Assembly: GCA_037189525.1 (NCBI GenBank)
Contig: JBBCJC010000001.1
Span: forward strand, 704,001-768,000
Length of the DNA stretch: 64,000 nucleotides
Source: Gemmatimonadales bacterium
GTDB lineage: Bacteria > Gemmatimonadota > Gemmatimonadetes > Gemmatimonadales > GWC2-71-9
Direction: 5' to 3'
The translations under genes and the position numbers were made by a program. Under the pieces are notes generated by a model, which had not been told where the DNA came from, searched no databases, and saw only the letters and a list, made by a program, of their open reading frames with translations. This document shows positions 28,229-36,272 of the stretch, one piece after another. Each line of letters starts with the position of its first letter. The stretch's first letter is position 1.

Positions 28229-29507
28229 CCGCGGAATCGTGTTCGAGCGCGCGATGCGCCTGGTGGCCTATGCCGCGTTGGCGGGCGCCGCCATCCTGTC
28301 GCTGCGCACAGGACCGGGCCGGCCGATCGCCGATCGCCGAGTCGAGGCGGGTGACTTAACCACGCTGCTGAGCCGGCACGACATCGGACCTGATCCGATC
28401 ACCCTGGTGAGCGACACGGCCCTCGACCCGATCCGCCGCGATTGGCTGGCTGCTACCCGCGCACCGGTCCGCTGGGGTAGTCCTCGGCTCGTCGCAACGG
28501 CGCTCAGCGCGGAGCCGCTGGGCGATCCGGCTGGAGGTTACCGTATTGCCGTCGCGGCGCCGTCGGACCGGATGGTCCATCTCGCCGACAGCCTGGGACC
28601 GATCGACAGTGTGCCGAGCGCGGGTGGAGGCGCCAGCATCGATGTCGATGCCCCGGTAGGCGCGCTGACCGGATCGATCGGCCCGCAGCACGCCGTCGTC
28701 CACCCCAGCGACGCGCCAGCCACTCGCCGCGTGGTGGTGTTCGGCCGGGCATCCTGGGAAACCAAGTTCGTGATTGCCGCTCTGGAGGAGCGCGGCTGGG
28801 GCGTCGATGCGCGTATTGCCATCGGTCCGGAGGATGAGAGCCGGCAGGGCACTCCTGGCACCCTCGACACGGCGCGCGTCGGGGCCGTCGTCGCACTCGA
28901 TCAGACCGCAGCTGGATACGCCACTCAGATCGGCCGGTTCGTCCGTCAAGGAGGCGGCCTGGTCCTGAGCGCCGAGGCTGCGGCGGTCCCGGCGCTGGCG
29001 CCGCTTCGGGTTGGAATCGCCGGCCAGAAACTCGTTTCGAGCAGCCTGGAGATCGATCGCCGGGACCCTCGGCGCGCTTTGCCCCTGACGCCGATTACGC
29101 GGCTCGGCGCCCTCGCAACACCCCTCGAGACCCGGGGCGCCGCGATCGCGGTGGCTGCGCATCGGATCGGACTCGGTCAGGTGATTCAGGCCGGTTACCA
29201 CGACACCTGGCGTTGGCGGATGACCGGCCCCGACGGTTCCGTCGAAGCCCACCGCGGCTGGTGGTCCGCCCTGGTGCGCAGCGTCGCCCATCGCTCTGAT
29301 CACGAAACGCATACCAACTGGCCGGTGCTACATGACGCGCCGCTAGCGCGGATGACGGCCACCTTCGGCCCTCCCGAGACCGATCCAGCCGGGAGCGGCC
29401 CCGCGCTCCCTACTCCACCCAAGCGTCTCGACTGGTGGCTCGGCGCCGTGGCCCTCGTGGCGCTGCTGGCCGAATGGGCCTCGCGACGCCTTCGAGGCGC
29501 TGTCTAG
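28212..29507 (+). CDS. Membrane-anchored protein with GATase1-like domain (MoxR-operon accessory)
   Basis: SWETKFV, RFVRQGGGLVL, GLGQV...DTWRWRM, C-terminal TM ending LLAEWASRRLRG. Confidence 0.7.
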   Translation: MPSPADRGIVFERAMRLVAYAALAGAAILSLRTGPGRPIADRRVEAGDLTTLLSRHDIGPDPITLVSDTALDPIRRDWLAATRAPVRWGSPRLVATALSAEPLGDPAGGYRIAVAAPSDRMVHLADSLGPIDSVPSAGGGASIDVDAPVGALTGSIGPQHAVVHPSDAPATRRVVVFGRASWETKFVIAALEERGWGVDARIAIGPEDESRQGTPGTLDTARVGAVVALDQTAAGYATQIGRFVRQGGGLVLSAEAAAVPALAPLRVGIAGQKLVSSSLEIDRRDPRRALPLTPITRLGALATPLETRGAAIAVAAHRIGLGQVIQAGYHDTWRWRMTGPDGSVEAHRGWWSALVRSVAHRSDHETHTNWPVLHDAPLARMTATFGPPETDPAGSGPALPTPPKRLDWWLGAVALVALLAEWASRRLRGAV

Positions 29508-29567
29508 TCGGCTAGATTTCGCATCGGCTGACGCACCGCTTCGAACCTGATCCTGTCGACGGATACC

Positions 29568-31922
29568 TTGCCGCTGATCGAAGACGAATGGCTTTGGGGC
29601 TGGGATCCGACTCCCGGCATCGTCTCCGTCTGGGCGCAATCGGATGGTCGGGCGACGATTTGGCGGCGAATCCCCGCAACCGGCGTGCTGGTGCGCGAAG
29701 AAACCCGGTTCCGGCCCTGGCTCCTCATCGACCGCCTCGACGACCTCGAACATTTGGGTACCGATCTCGGCCCGGAAGGGTCAACGGCGCTGGTTACCTG
29801 GCGCGAGTTGAACGGACCGGGCGCGCTCCGCTTCCAGGTGTCCGCCCCGAAAGGCGAGATCCTTACTACCGCTCTGCTCCGCGGGGCCAGCGCCCGCCTC
29901 GGCCGAAGCATCAGCCACCTGCGCAGTCTCGACCGAAATTCTTATCTCGCCCTTTCGCCCGAGGACCAGTATCTCACCGCCACCGGTCGCACCTATTTCC
30001 GCGACCTGTCCTTCGATGCGCTGCATCGGCTCCAGTTCGACCTCGAGACGACCGGCCTCGACCCAAATCGCCACCGCATCTTCATGATCGCGGTGCGCGA
30101 CCCGGCCGGAACGACCCATATCCTCGAAGCCGACGGCGATGACGACGCAGCGGAAGCCGACCTGCTCAGCCGCCTGGTGGGCATGATTCAGGCGGCTGAT
30201 CCCGACGTGATCGAGAACCACAATCTCCACGGCTTCGACCTCCCCTTCCTCGACCGCCGAGCACGCCGGCTCGGCGTGACTCTCTCGCTGGGCCGGATCG
30301 GGCGTGGAGGTCTTCGACCGCGCGCCGCGCGGCGCGGTGATCGCGGGGCCGACGGCCGCACGGTTCGCCTGATCGTGCCGGGGCGGGAACTGATCGATAC
30401 CCTCGATGCGGTACGCCGGCACGACTTCGCCACCCGCGATTTTCCGGGTCACGGCCTCAAAGCCGTCGCACGCCACCTGGGCATCGCCGAGCCGGATCGG
30501 GAACTGATTCCCGGGGCGGAGATCTATCAGGTTTTTCGGACTGATCCCGACCGGGTACGTCGCTATGCGGGGTCCGACGTCACCGAGGTGGCCGCTCTGG
30601 CCCGGATGCTGGGAGGCGCGGCGTTCGCGCTGGCCCGGATGGCCCCGAGACGATACGAACGTCTGGCCGATGCCGGCGCAGCAACCGGGGTGATCGACCC
30701 GCTCCTGGTTCGCGCCTACCTGCGGTCGGGAACGGCGCTTCCGGCCCACCAGCCGGGTGACGGTACCCCGCACAGTGGAGCGGCGCTCTACCTCTTTGCC
30801 ACCGGGGTCGCGCACCGGGTCGTCAAGGCCGACGTGGCCAGCCTGTATCCATCCCTGATGCGCGCCTATCGGATCGGGCCGAACCGGGATCACCTGGGAG
30901 TCCTGGTCTCACTGGTCGACCGGCTGGTGGAGCAGCGTCTCGCGGCCAAGGCGGCTGCGCGGGCAGCGCCAGCCGGTTCCTCCGAGCGGTATACCCACGA
31001 AGCCGTGTCCGCGGCCATGAAACTGGTCGTCAACACCGCTTACGGCTATCTCGCGGCGGGCGGCGACCTGACCCGGTTTGCCGATGTCCACGCCGCCAAC
31101 GAGGTCACCCGGCGCGGACGCGAGACCCTGGCCCTGATGTGCCGAGAACTGGCCGATCGCGGTGTGACGCTGCTGGAAGCCGATACGGACGGGGTGTACT
31201 TCGCCGTTCCCGACAGCTGGACCGAGGCGGACGAACGCCGAGTGGTGGGCGAAGTCGCGGCACTGCTGCCGGCGCTGGTCCAGTTGGAGTTCGACGGCCG
31301 CTATGCCGCCATGCTCTCGCACGAACCGAAGAATTACGCGCTGCTCGAACATACCGGCCGACTGACGCTGCGTGGCGTCGCGTTTCGCTCCAGTCGCAAC
31401 GAGCCCTTTGCCGACAGCTTTCTCCGTCAGGCCATCGGTGCGCTGCTCACCGGGGACATTCCCGGGGTTCGCCAGGCGTATCTCGATGCCGTGGCTGCGC
31501 TTCGCCGCCGCGAGCTGCCCACCAGCCAGGTGGCCTCTCTGGTTCGCCTCACCAAAACCCCGGACCAATATCGGGAAACCCGGGACGGGCGAAAAGAACT
31601 GCCCTACGAAGCGCTCCTGGCCAGCGGAAGGACAACGTGGCGGCGGGGCGAACGGGTCCGGATCTACCGGGTTCGCCACGGCGGGGCCCGGCTGGCCCCC
31701 GACCGGGATGGCAGCGGGGACCGGCCCGAACAGCGCGACTACGACATCGACCACTATCTCCGGCTGCTGCGCGAGCAGTACGCGGCCCGGCTGGCTCGGG
31801 CGCTGTCGCCGGACGACTTTGCGGCCGTCTTTGCCGACCCGGAGCAGCCCTCCCTCTTTACCCCCGCCTTGGACACCATCCGCCCGATCCTGACGACCCT
31901 CTCGTCACCTCGAATCGTCTGA
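29568..31922 (+). CDS. polB: Family B DNA polymerase with 3'-5' exonuclease domain
   Basis: ExoI FDLETTG, ExoII NHNLHGFD, ExoIII YAGSD; motif A DVASLYPS, motif B KLVVNTAYG, motif C DTDG; KNY. Confidence 0.9.
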   Translation: MPLIEDEWLWGWDPTPGIVSVWAQSDGRATIWRRIPATGVLVREETRFRPWLLIDRLDDLEHLGTDLGPEGSTALVTWRELNGPGALRFQVSAPKGEILTTALLRGASARLGRSISHLRSLDRNSYLALSPEDQYLTATGRTYFRDLSFDALHRLQFDLETTGLDPNRHRIFMIAVRDPAGTTHILEADGDDDAAEADLLSRLVGMIQAADPDVIENHNLHGFDLPFLDRRARRLGVTLSLGRIGRGGLRPRAARRGDRGADGRTVRLIVPGRELIDTLDAVRRHDFATRDFPGHGLKAVARHLGIAEPDRELIPGAEIYQVFRTDPDRVRRYAGSDVTEVAALARMLGGAAFALARMAPRRYERLADAGAATGVIDPLLVRAYLRSGTALPAHQPGDGTPHSGAALYLFATGVAHRVVKADVASLYPSLMRAYRIGPNRDHLGVLVSLVDRLVEQRLAAKAAARAAPAGSSERYTHEAVSAAMKLVVNTAYGYLAAGGDLTRFADVHAANEVTRRGRETLALMCRELADRGVTLLEADTDGVYFAVPDSWTEADERRVVGEVAALLPALVQLEFDGRYAAMLSHEPKNYALLEHTGRLTLRGVAFRSSRNEPFADSFLRQAIGALLTGDIPGVRQAYLDAVAALRRRELPTSQVASLVRLTKTPDQYRETRDGRKELPYEALLASGRTTWRRGERVRIYRVRHGGARLAPDRDGSGDRPEQRDYDIDHYLRLLREQYAARLARALSPDDFAAVFADPEQPSLFTPALDTIRPILTTLSSPRIV

Positions 31923-32034
31923 AATTTTGTCCGGACGTCTTACCGTGGCCCGACCCGGGCAATACTATGTATTCTACGGGGCTAACCTGCGGGCGACCCC
32001 GATGGGTCTGCCCGCCCGAAATGCAGGAGACCGA

Positions 32035-32724
32035 ATGGCCTCATTTTCATCACTTCGCTCGACCGCTCCGGCCCTGGTCGCGCTGCTGGCCGCCGCGTGC
32101 GGCGGCAGCCCGCCGGTCGAGACGGTTCCGACCCCGGCGCCGGACGCGCACGCCGGCCACGCGAATACCCATATCGCGAGAGCCCGCGCCGACAGTGCCC
32201 AGCATCCCTACACCGAAGCCGACATCCATTTCATGTCGGCGATGATCGGCCATCATGCGCAGGCGCTCCAGATTGCCCACTGGGCACCAACCCACGAGTC
32301 CAGCCCCGGCATCCGGCGCCTGGCCGAACGGATCATCAACGCGCAGCGGGATGAGATTGCCATAATGCAGCGCTGGCTGGTCGATCGCCACCAACCGGCT
32401 CCGCAGGTCGACAGCAAGGGCATCCCGCAACACGGCGACCATGCCGCGCATCACGGCGCCATGCCGGGCATGCTCACCCAGGAGGAGCTCGACCAGCTGA
32501 ACCGGGCGCGCGGCACCGAGTTCGATCGCCTCTTCCTCAAGTACATGATCCAGCATCATCGCGGCGCCGTGACCATGGTCGAGCAACTGTTCGCGACCAA
32601 TGGCGCCGGACAGGATGAAACCGTGTTCCGCCTGGCCGCCGACATCAACGTCGACCAGGTCACGGAAATTGCCCGCATGGAAAAAATGCTCGTCGCACTC
32701 GTGATCGAAGGACAGGCGCCGTGA
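32035..32724 (+). CDS. DUF305 (ferritin-like, CopM-like) lipoprotein
   Basis: ATG 32035 after AGGAG; LAAC-type lipobox; DIHFMSAMIGHHAQA and DRLFLKYMIQHHRGA repeats; His/Met-rich linker. Confidence 0.9.
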   Translation: MASFSSLRSTAPALVALLAAACGGSPPVETVPTPAPDAHAGHANTHIARARADSAQHPYTEADIHFMSAMIGHHAQALQIAHWAPTHESSPGIRRLAERIINAQRDEIAIMQRWLVDRHQPAPQVDSKGIPQHGDHAAHHGAMPGMLTQEELDQLNRARGTEFDRLFLKYMIQHHRGAVTMVEQLFATNGAGQDETVFRLAADINVDQVTEIARMEKMLVALVIEGQAP

Positions 32725-32768
32725 TGCCGTCGCGTCCGTACTCTGCTCTCCCCCTCGAGGAATCTGTC

Positions 32769-34748
32769 ATGGTAGCTGTGCATCGTACTCGTCACCCCGG
32801 TCTGGCCCTGTCGCTGGCCGCCGGGCTTCTCTCTCTCGGATGTGCCTCCGGCTCGTCGAGCTATGGTGGCAGCACGCCGGCACCAGCCGCGCTTTCGACG
32901 GCCAAGCCGACTCCCGATCCGCGGATTGGACTGCGGGCCGGACTGACCGACGCCGGCGAAGCGATCTGGAATCTCCGATTGGTGTCCAACACCCCGTCAT
33001 CCACACGGTTTGTCGGGAGCACCAACTCGGACCTCGCTTTTACCGGCAAGTACGCAATCCAGGGTAACTACAACGGCTGGCAAATCTGGGATCTCTCCAC
33101 GCCCAACAAGCCGGGTCTGGCCTCGGCCATCTACTGCCCCGCTTCGCAGAGCGACGTCTCGATTTACAAGAATCTCCTCTTCGTGTCCGGCGAGGGCTAC
33201 ACCGGGCGTCTCGACTGCAGCGACGAGGGCGTCCGGGAAGCAGTCAGCCATCACCGGCTGCGCGGCATCCGGATCTTCGACATCACCGATATCAAGAATC
33301 CCAAGAATATCGCGAACGTGCAGACCTGCCGCGGCTCGCACACGCATACGGTGCTGGCGCACCCCAATGACCCGAACAACATCTACGTCTACGTCTCCGG
33401 CTCGGCGCCGGTGCGGCCGGCGGCGGAGTTGCCGGGTTGCAGTGACGCCATGCCGGATGTCGACGCCAACACCGCGCTCTTCCGGATCGAAGTCATCAAG
33501 GTGCCGCTCGCCGATCCGTCCAAGGCGGCGATCGTGAGCTCGCCCCGGATCTTCGAGGGGCTGAATGCGCCGCCCCGCCATGCCGCCATTCCCGGCGAAC
33601 TCGCGGCTGCGCGGGCGCGGGGGCAGTTCATCGCCAACGTCATGGGCCAGGAGATGCCGCTGCCGCCCCGGATGACGAGCCCGATGCTCGACAGCATCGT
33701 CAAGGCGCGGAGCGGCACCGGTACCCCGACCGCCGCGGACAGCGCGGCGCTGCGTAGCGCGCTGCCGGGCATTCTGGCCCGCATGCTGGGCAACGCACCG
33801 GCCCGCCGCGAAACGGGACCGACGCAGTGCCACGATATCACCGTCTATCCCGAGATCAACCTGGCCGGCGGCGCGTGCGAAGGTTACGGCATGCTGCTGG
33901 ACATCAGCGATCCAGCCAATCCGCGGCGCCTCAGCGCCGTGGCCGACTCGAACTTTGCCTACTGGCACTCGGCGACCTTCAGCAACGACGGCAGCAAAGT
34001 CCTCTTCACCGACGAGTGGGGCGGCGGTGGGGCTCCCAAGTGCCGGGCCATCGACAAGCCGGAGTGGGGCGCCAACGCGATCTTCACGATCCAGAACGGG
34101 CAGATGCAGTTCCAGAGCTACTTCAAGCTGCCCGCCGAGCAGACCGAGCAGGAAAACTGCGTGGCCCACAACGGCTCGCTGATCCCGATTCCCGGTCGCG
34201 ACGTGATGGTCCAGGGCTGGTATCAGGGCGGCATTCTGATCTTCGACTGGACCGACCCCAAGAACCCGGTCGAGATCGCCTATCACGATCGCGGACCGGT
34301 CGACTCCACCCGGATGGGCAACGGCGGCTCCTGGTCGGTTTACTGGTACAACGGCCTGATCGTCAACTCGGAAATCGCGCGCGGGCTCGACATCTTCGAG
34401 CTGGTGCCGAGCGGCTTCATTTCGCAGAACGAGATCGACGCCGCCAACACGGTCAAGCTCGAGTATCTGAATCCGCAGAGCCAGCCCAAGTTCGTCTGGC
34501 CGCCGAGCTTTGCGCTGACTCGGGCCTATGTCGACCAGCTCGAACGGTCGCGCGGCTTGTCGAACGATCGGATTGCGGCGGTCCGTCAGGCGCTCAGCAC
34601 GGCAGAACGGGCCTCGGGTTCCGCCCGGCGTGAGGGCCTCAATGGCCTCGCATCGCAGCTCGACGGCGAAGCCGGCGGCTCGCGCGATGCCGCCAAAGTC
34701 CGCCTCCTCTCCCAGGCGGTGAAGGACCTCGCCGCAGCGCGTTCCTGA
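32769..34748 (+). CDS. LVIVD-repeat beta-propeller lipoprotein
   Basis: ATG 32769 after GAGG; lipobox SLGC; NSDLAF, GIRIFDI, CRGSHTHT, QCHDITV, YWHSATF, NCVAHNGS, SEIARGLD. Confidence 0.8.
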   Translation: MVAVHRTRHPGLALSLAAGLLSLGCASGSSSYGGSTPAPAALSTAKPTPDPRIGLRAGLTDAGEAIWNLRLVSNTPSSTRFVGSTNSDLAFTGKYAIQGNYNGWQIWDLSTPNKPGLASAIYCPASQSDVSIYKNLLFVSGEGYTGRLDCSDEGVREAVSHHRLRGIRIFDITDIKNPKNIANVQTCRGSHTHTVLAHPNDPNNIYVYVSGSAPVRPAAELPGCSDAMPDVDANTALFRIEVIKVPLADPSKAAIVSSPRIFEGLNAPPRHAAIPGELAAARARGQFIANVMGQEMPLPPRMTSPMLDSIVKARSGTGTPTAADSAALRSALPGILARMLGNAPARRETGPTQCHDITVYPEINLAGGACEGYGMLLDISDPANPRRLSAVADSNFAYWHSATFSNDGSKVLFTDEWGGGGAPKCRAIDKPEWGANAIFTIQNGQMQFQSYFKLPAEQTEQENCVAHNGSLIPIPGRDVMVQGWYQGGILIFDWTDPKNPVEIAYHDRGPVDSTRMGNGGSWSVYWYNGLIVNSEIARGLDIFELVPSGFISQNEIDAANTVKLEYLNPQSQPKFVWPPSFALTRAYVDQLERSRGLSNDRIAAVRQALSTAERASGSARREGLNGLASQLDGEAGGSRDAAKVRLLSQAVKDLAAARS

Positions 34749-36199
34749 TGCGCCGCGGCCTCCGGCGACCATTCGCAGCTATCGCGACGGTCGCCGGGGC
34801 CATCCTGCTGGCCTGGATGGCCCCCCTCCGAGCCCAATCCTCTGCTGCAAACCATCCCGACGTTCTCGCTGCACAGCGCCTGTTCTCGGCCTGGATGGAT
34901 GGTCAGGTCGTCTCCCGAGGCCTACCGGGTATCGCGGTCGGGGTCATTGCCGATCAGGAATTGATCTGGTCTGCCGGGTTCGGGCATGCGGATGTCGCCG
35001 CGAAGCGTCCGATGAGGCGGGATACCAAGTTCCGGATGGCCTCGCACAGCAAGCTGTTCGCGGCAACCGCGATCATGCAGCTTCGCGAACAAGGCAAGCT
35101 GCAGCTCGACGACCCGGTCGTGAAGTATCTGCCCTGGTTCAAGGTCAAGCCGGCCGAACCGGACGATCCGCCCATTATGATCGAAGAGCTGCTGACCCAC
35201 AGCTCCGGCCTGCCCAGGGAAGCGGGGGACCACTGGACCACGTTCGATTTCCCCACGATCGACCAGGTTCGTGCCCTGATCGGTGATCGGCAGGCGGCCT
35301 TTCCACCGGAAACCCGGTGGAAGTACTCCAACCTGGCGTATGCGGTGGCGGGGTACGTCGTCGAAGCGATTACCGGGCAGAGCTGGGCCGACTACATCCA
35401 GCAGAACGTGTTCGATCCGTTAGGCATGACCTCGTCCAGCGTCGACAAGAATGTGGCCGGCCTGGCGACGGGCTACGGCCCGCGGCTCCCCGACGGATCG
35501 CGCGTCACGACGCCGTTCATCGATTCGCGGGGCATGCCCGCGGCAACCGGCATCACCTCGACGGTCGAGGATATGGCTCGCTTCGTCTCGGCGCAGTTCC
35601 GACGCGGCCCGCGCGGGGCTGACCGGATCCTGAGCACCGCATCCTTGCGCGAAATGCATCGGGTTCGGATGCTCGAAACGAACTGGACCTCGGGCACCGG
35701 CGTCGGTTTTGCCGTCAATCGAGTGGGGGATAAGGTCTATGTCGGGCACGGTGGCGGCTATCCGGGCTACACCACGCAGACGCTGATCCAGCTGGACTCC
35801 AAAGTCGGCGTGGTCGTGCTCACCAATACCAACGACTCGAACCCGAGCGACATTGCGCGCCAGTTGATGCGTACAGTCGGTGAGGCGGTTGCCAAGGCCA
35901 CCGCGCCGCCGCCCCGCAACTTTGCCTGGGACCCCTCGTGGTCCAGGTTCGTGGGCCTGTACCAGAACCGCGGCAACGTGTCGCAGGTGGTCCAGCTCAA
36001 CGAACGTCTCGTCATCATCAATCCGTACGGGCCGAACGTCGACAACCCGACCGTCCTGGAGCCAATCGGTAACGACCAGTTCCGTTTCGTGGCCGCAACC
36101 GGTGGCGGGCCCGTGGGCGAAGTGGTCCGGTTCGTCGAGGAAGGCGGCCGAGTGGTCCGGATGATCACCGGCGATTCATTCATCAATCGCGTTCACTGA
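34748..36199 (+). CDS. Serine hydrolase (beta-lactamase-related/AmpC-like fold)
   Basis: Signal peptide; FRMASHSK (SxxK), LLTHSSG, YSN, HGGG. Confidence 0.85.
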   Translation: MRRGLRRPFAAIATVAGAILLAWMAPLRAQSSAANHPDVLAAQRLFSAWMDGQVVSRGLPGIAVGVIADQELIWSAGFGHADVAAKRPMRRDTKFRMASHSKLFAATAIMQLREQGKLQLDDPVVKYLPWFKVKPAEPDDPPIMIEELLTHSSGLPREAGDHWTTFDFPTIDQVRALIGDRQAAFPPETRWKYSNLAYAVAGYVVEAITGQSWADYIQQNVFDPLGMTSSSVDKNVAGLATGYGPRLPDGSRVTTPFIDSRGMPAATGITSTVEDMARFVSAQFRRGPRGADRILSTASLREMHRVRMLETNWTSGTGVGFAVNRVGDKVYVGHGGGYPGYTTQTLIQLDSKVGVVVLTNTNDSNPSDIARQLMRTVGEAVAKATAPPPRNFAWDPSWSRFVGLYQNRGNVSQVVQLNERLVIINPYGPNVDNPTVLEPIGNDQFRFVAATGGGPVGEVVRFVEEGGRVVRMITGDSFINRVH

Positions 36200-36223
36200 G
36201 ATTCGTCGGTACCTCAGGATATG

Positions 36224-36259
36224 ACGAAGCCGGGCATCGCTGCCCGGCTTCGTTTATTT
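36224..36259 (+). terminator. Intrinsic terminator
   Basis: ACGAAGCCGGGCA-tcgc-TGCCCGGCTTCGT followed by TTATTT; between convergent genes. Confidence 0.8.
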
Positions 36260-36272
36260 CTGAGTCCTCGAC

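Noticed and set aside
29507..32034. PolB as part of a prophage, casposon or pipolin
   Set aside because: No integrase, Cas1, terminal repeats, tRNA target or phage genes are adjacent, and I found no convincing SOS box.
34748..36199. Serine hydrolase as a true class C beta-lactamase
   Set aside because: SxxK, YxN and HGG are shared by many esterases and peptidases of this fold; no specific evidence.
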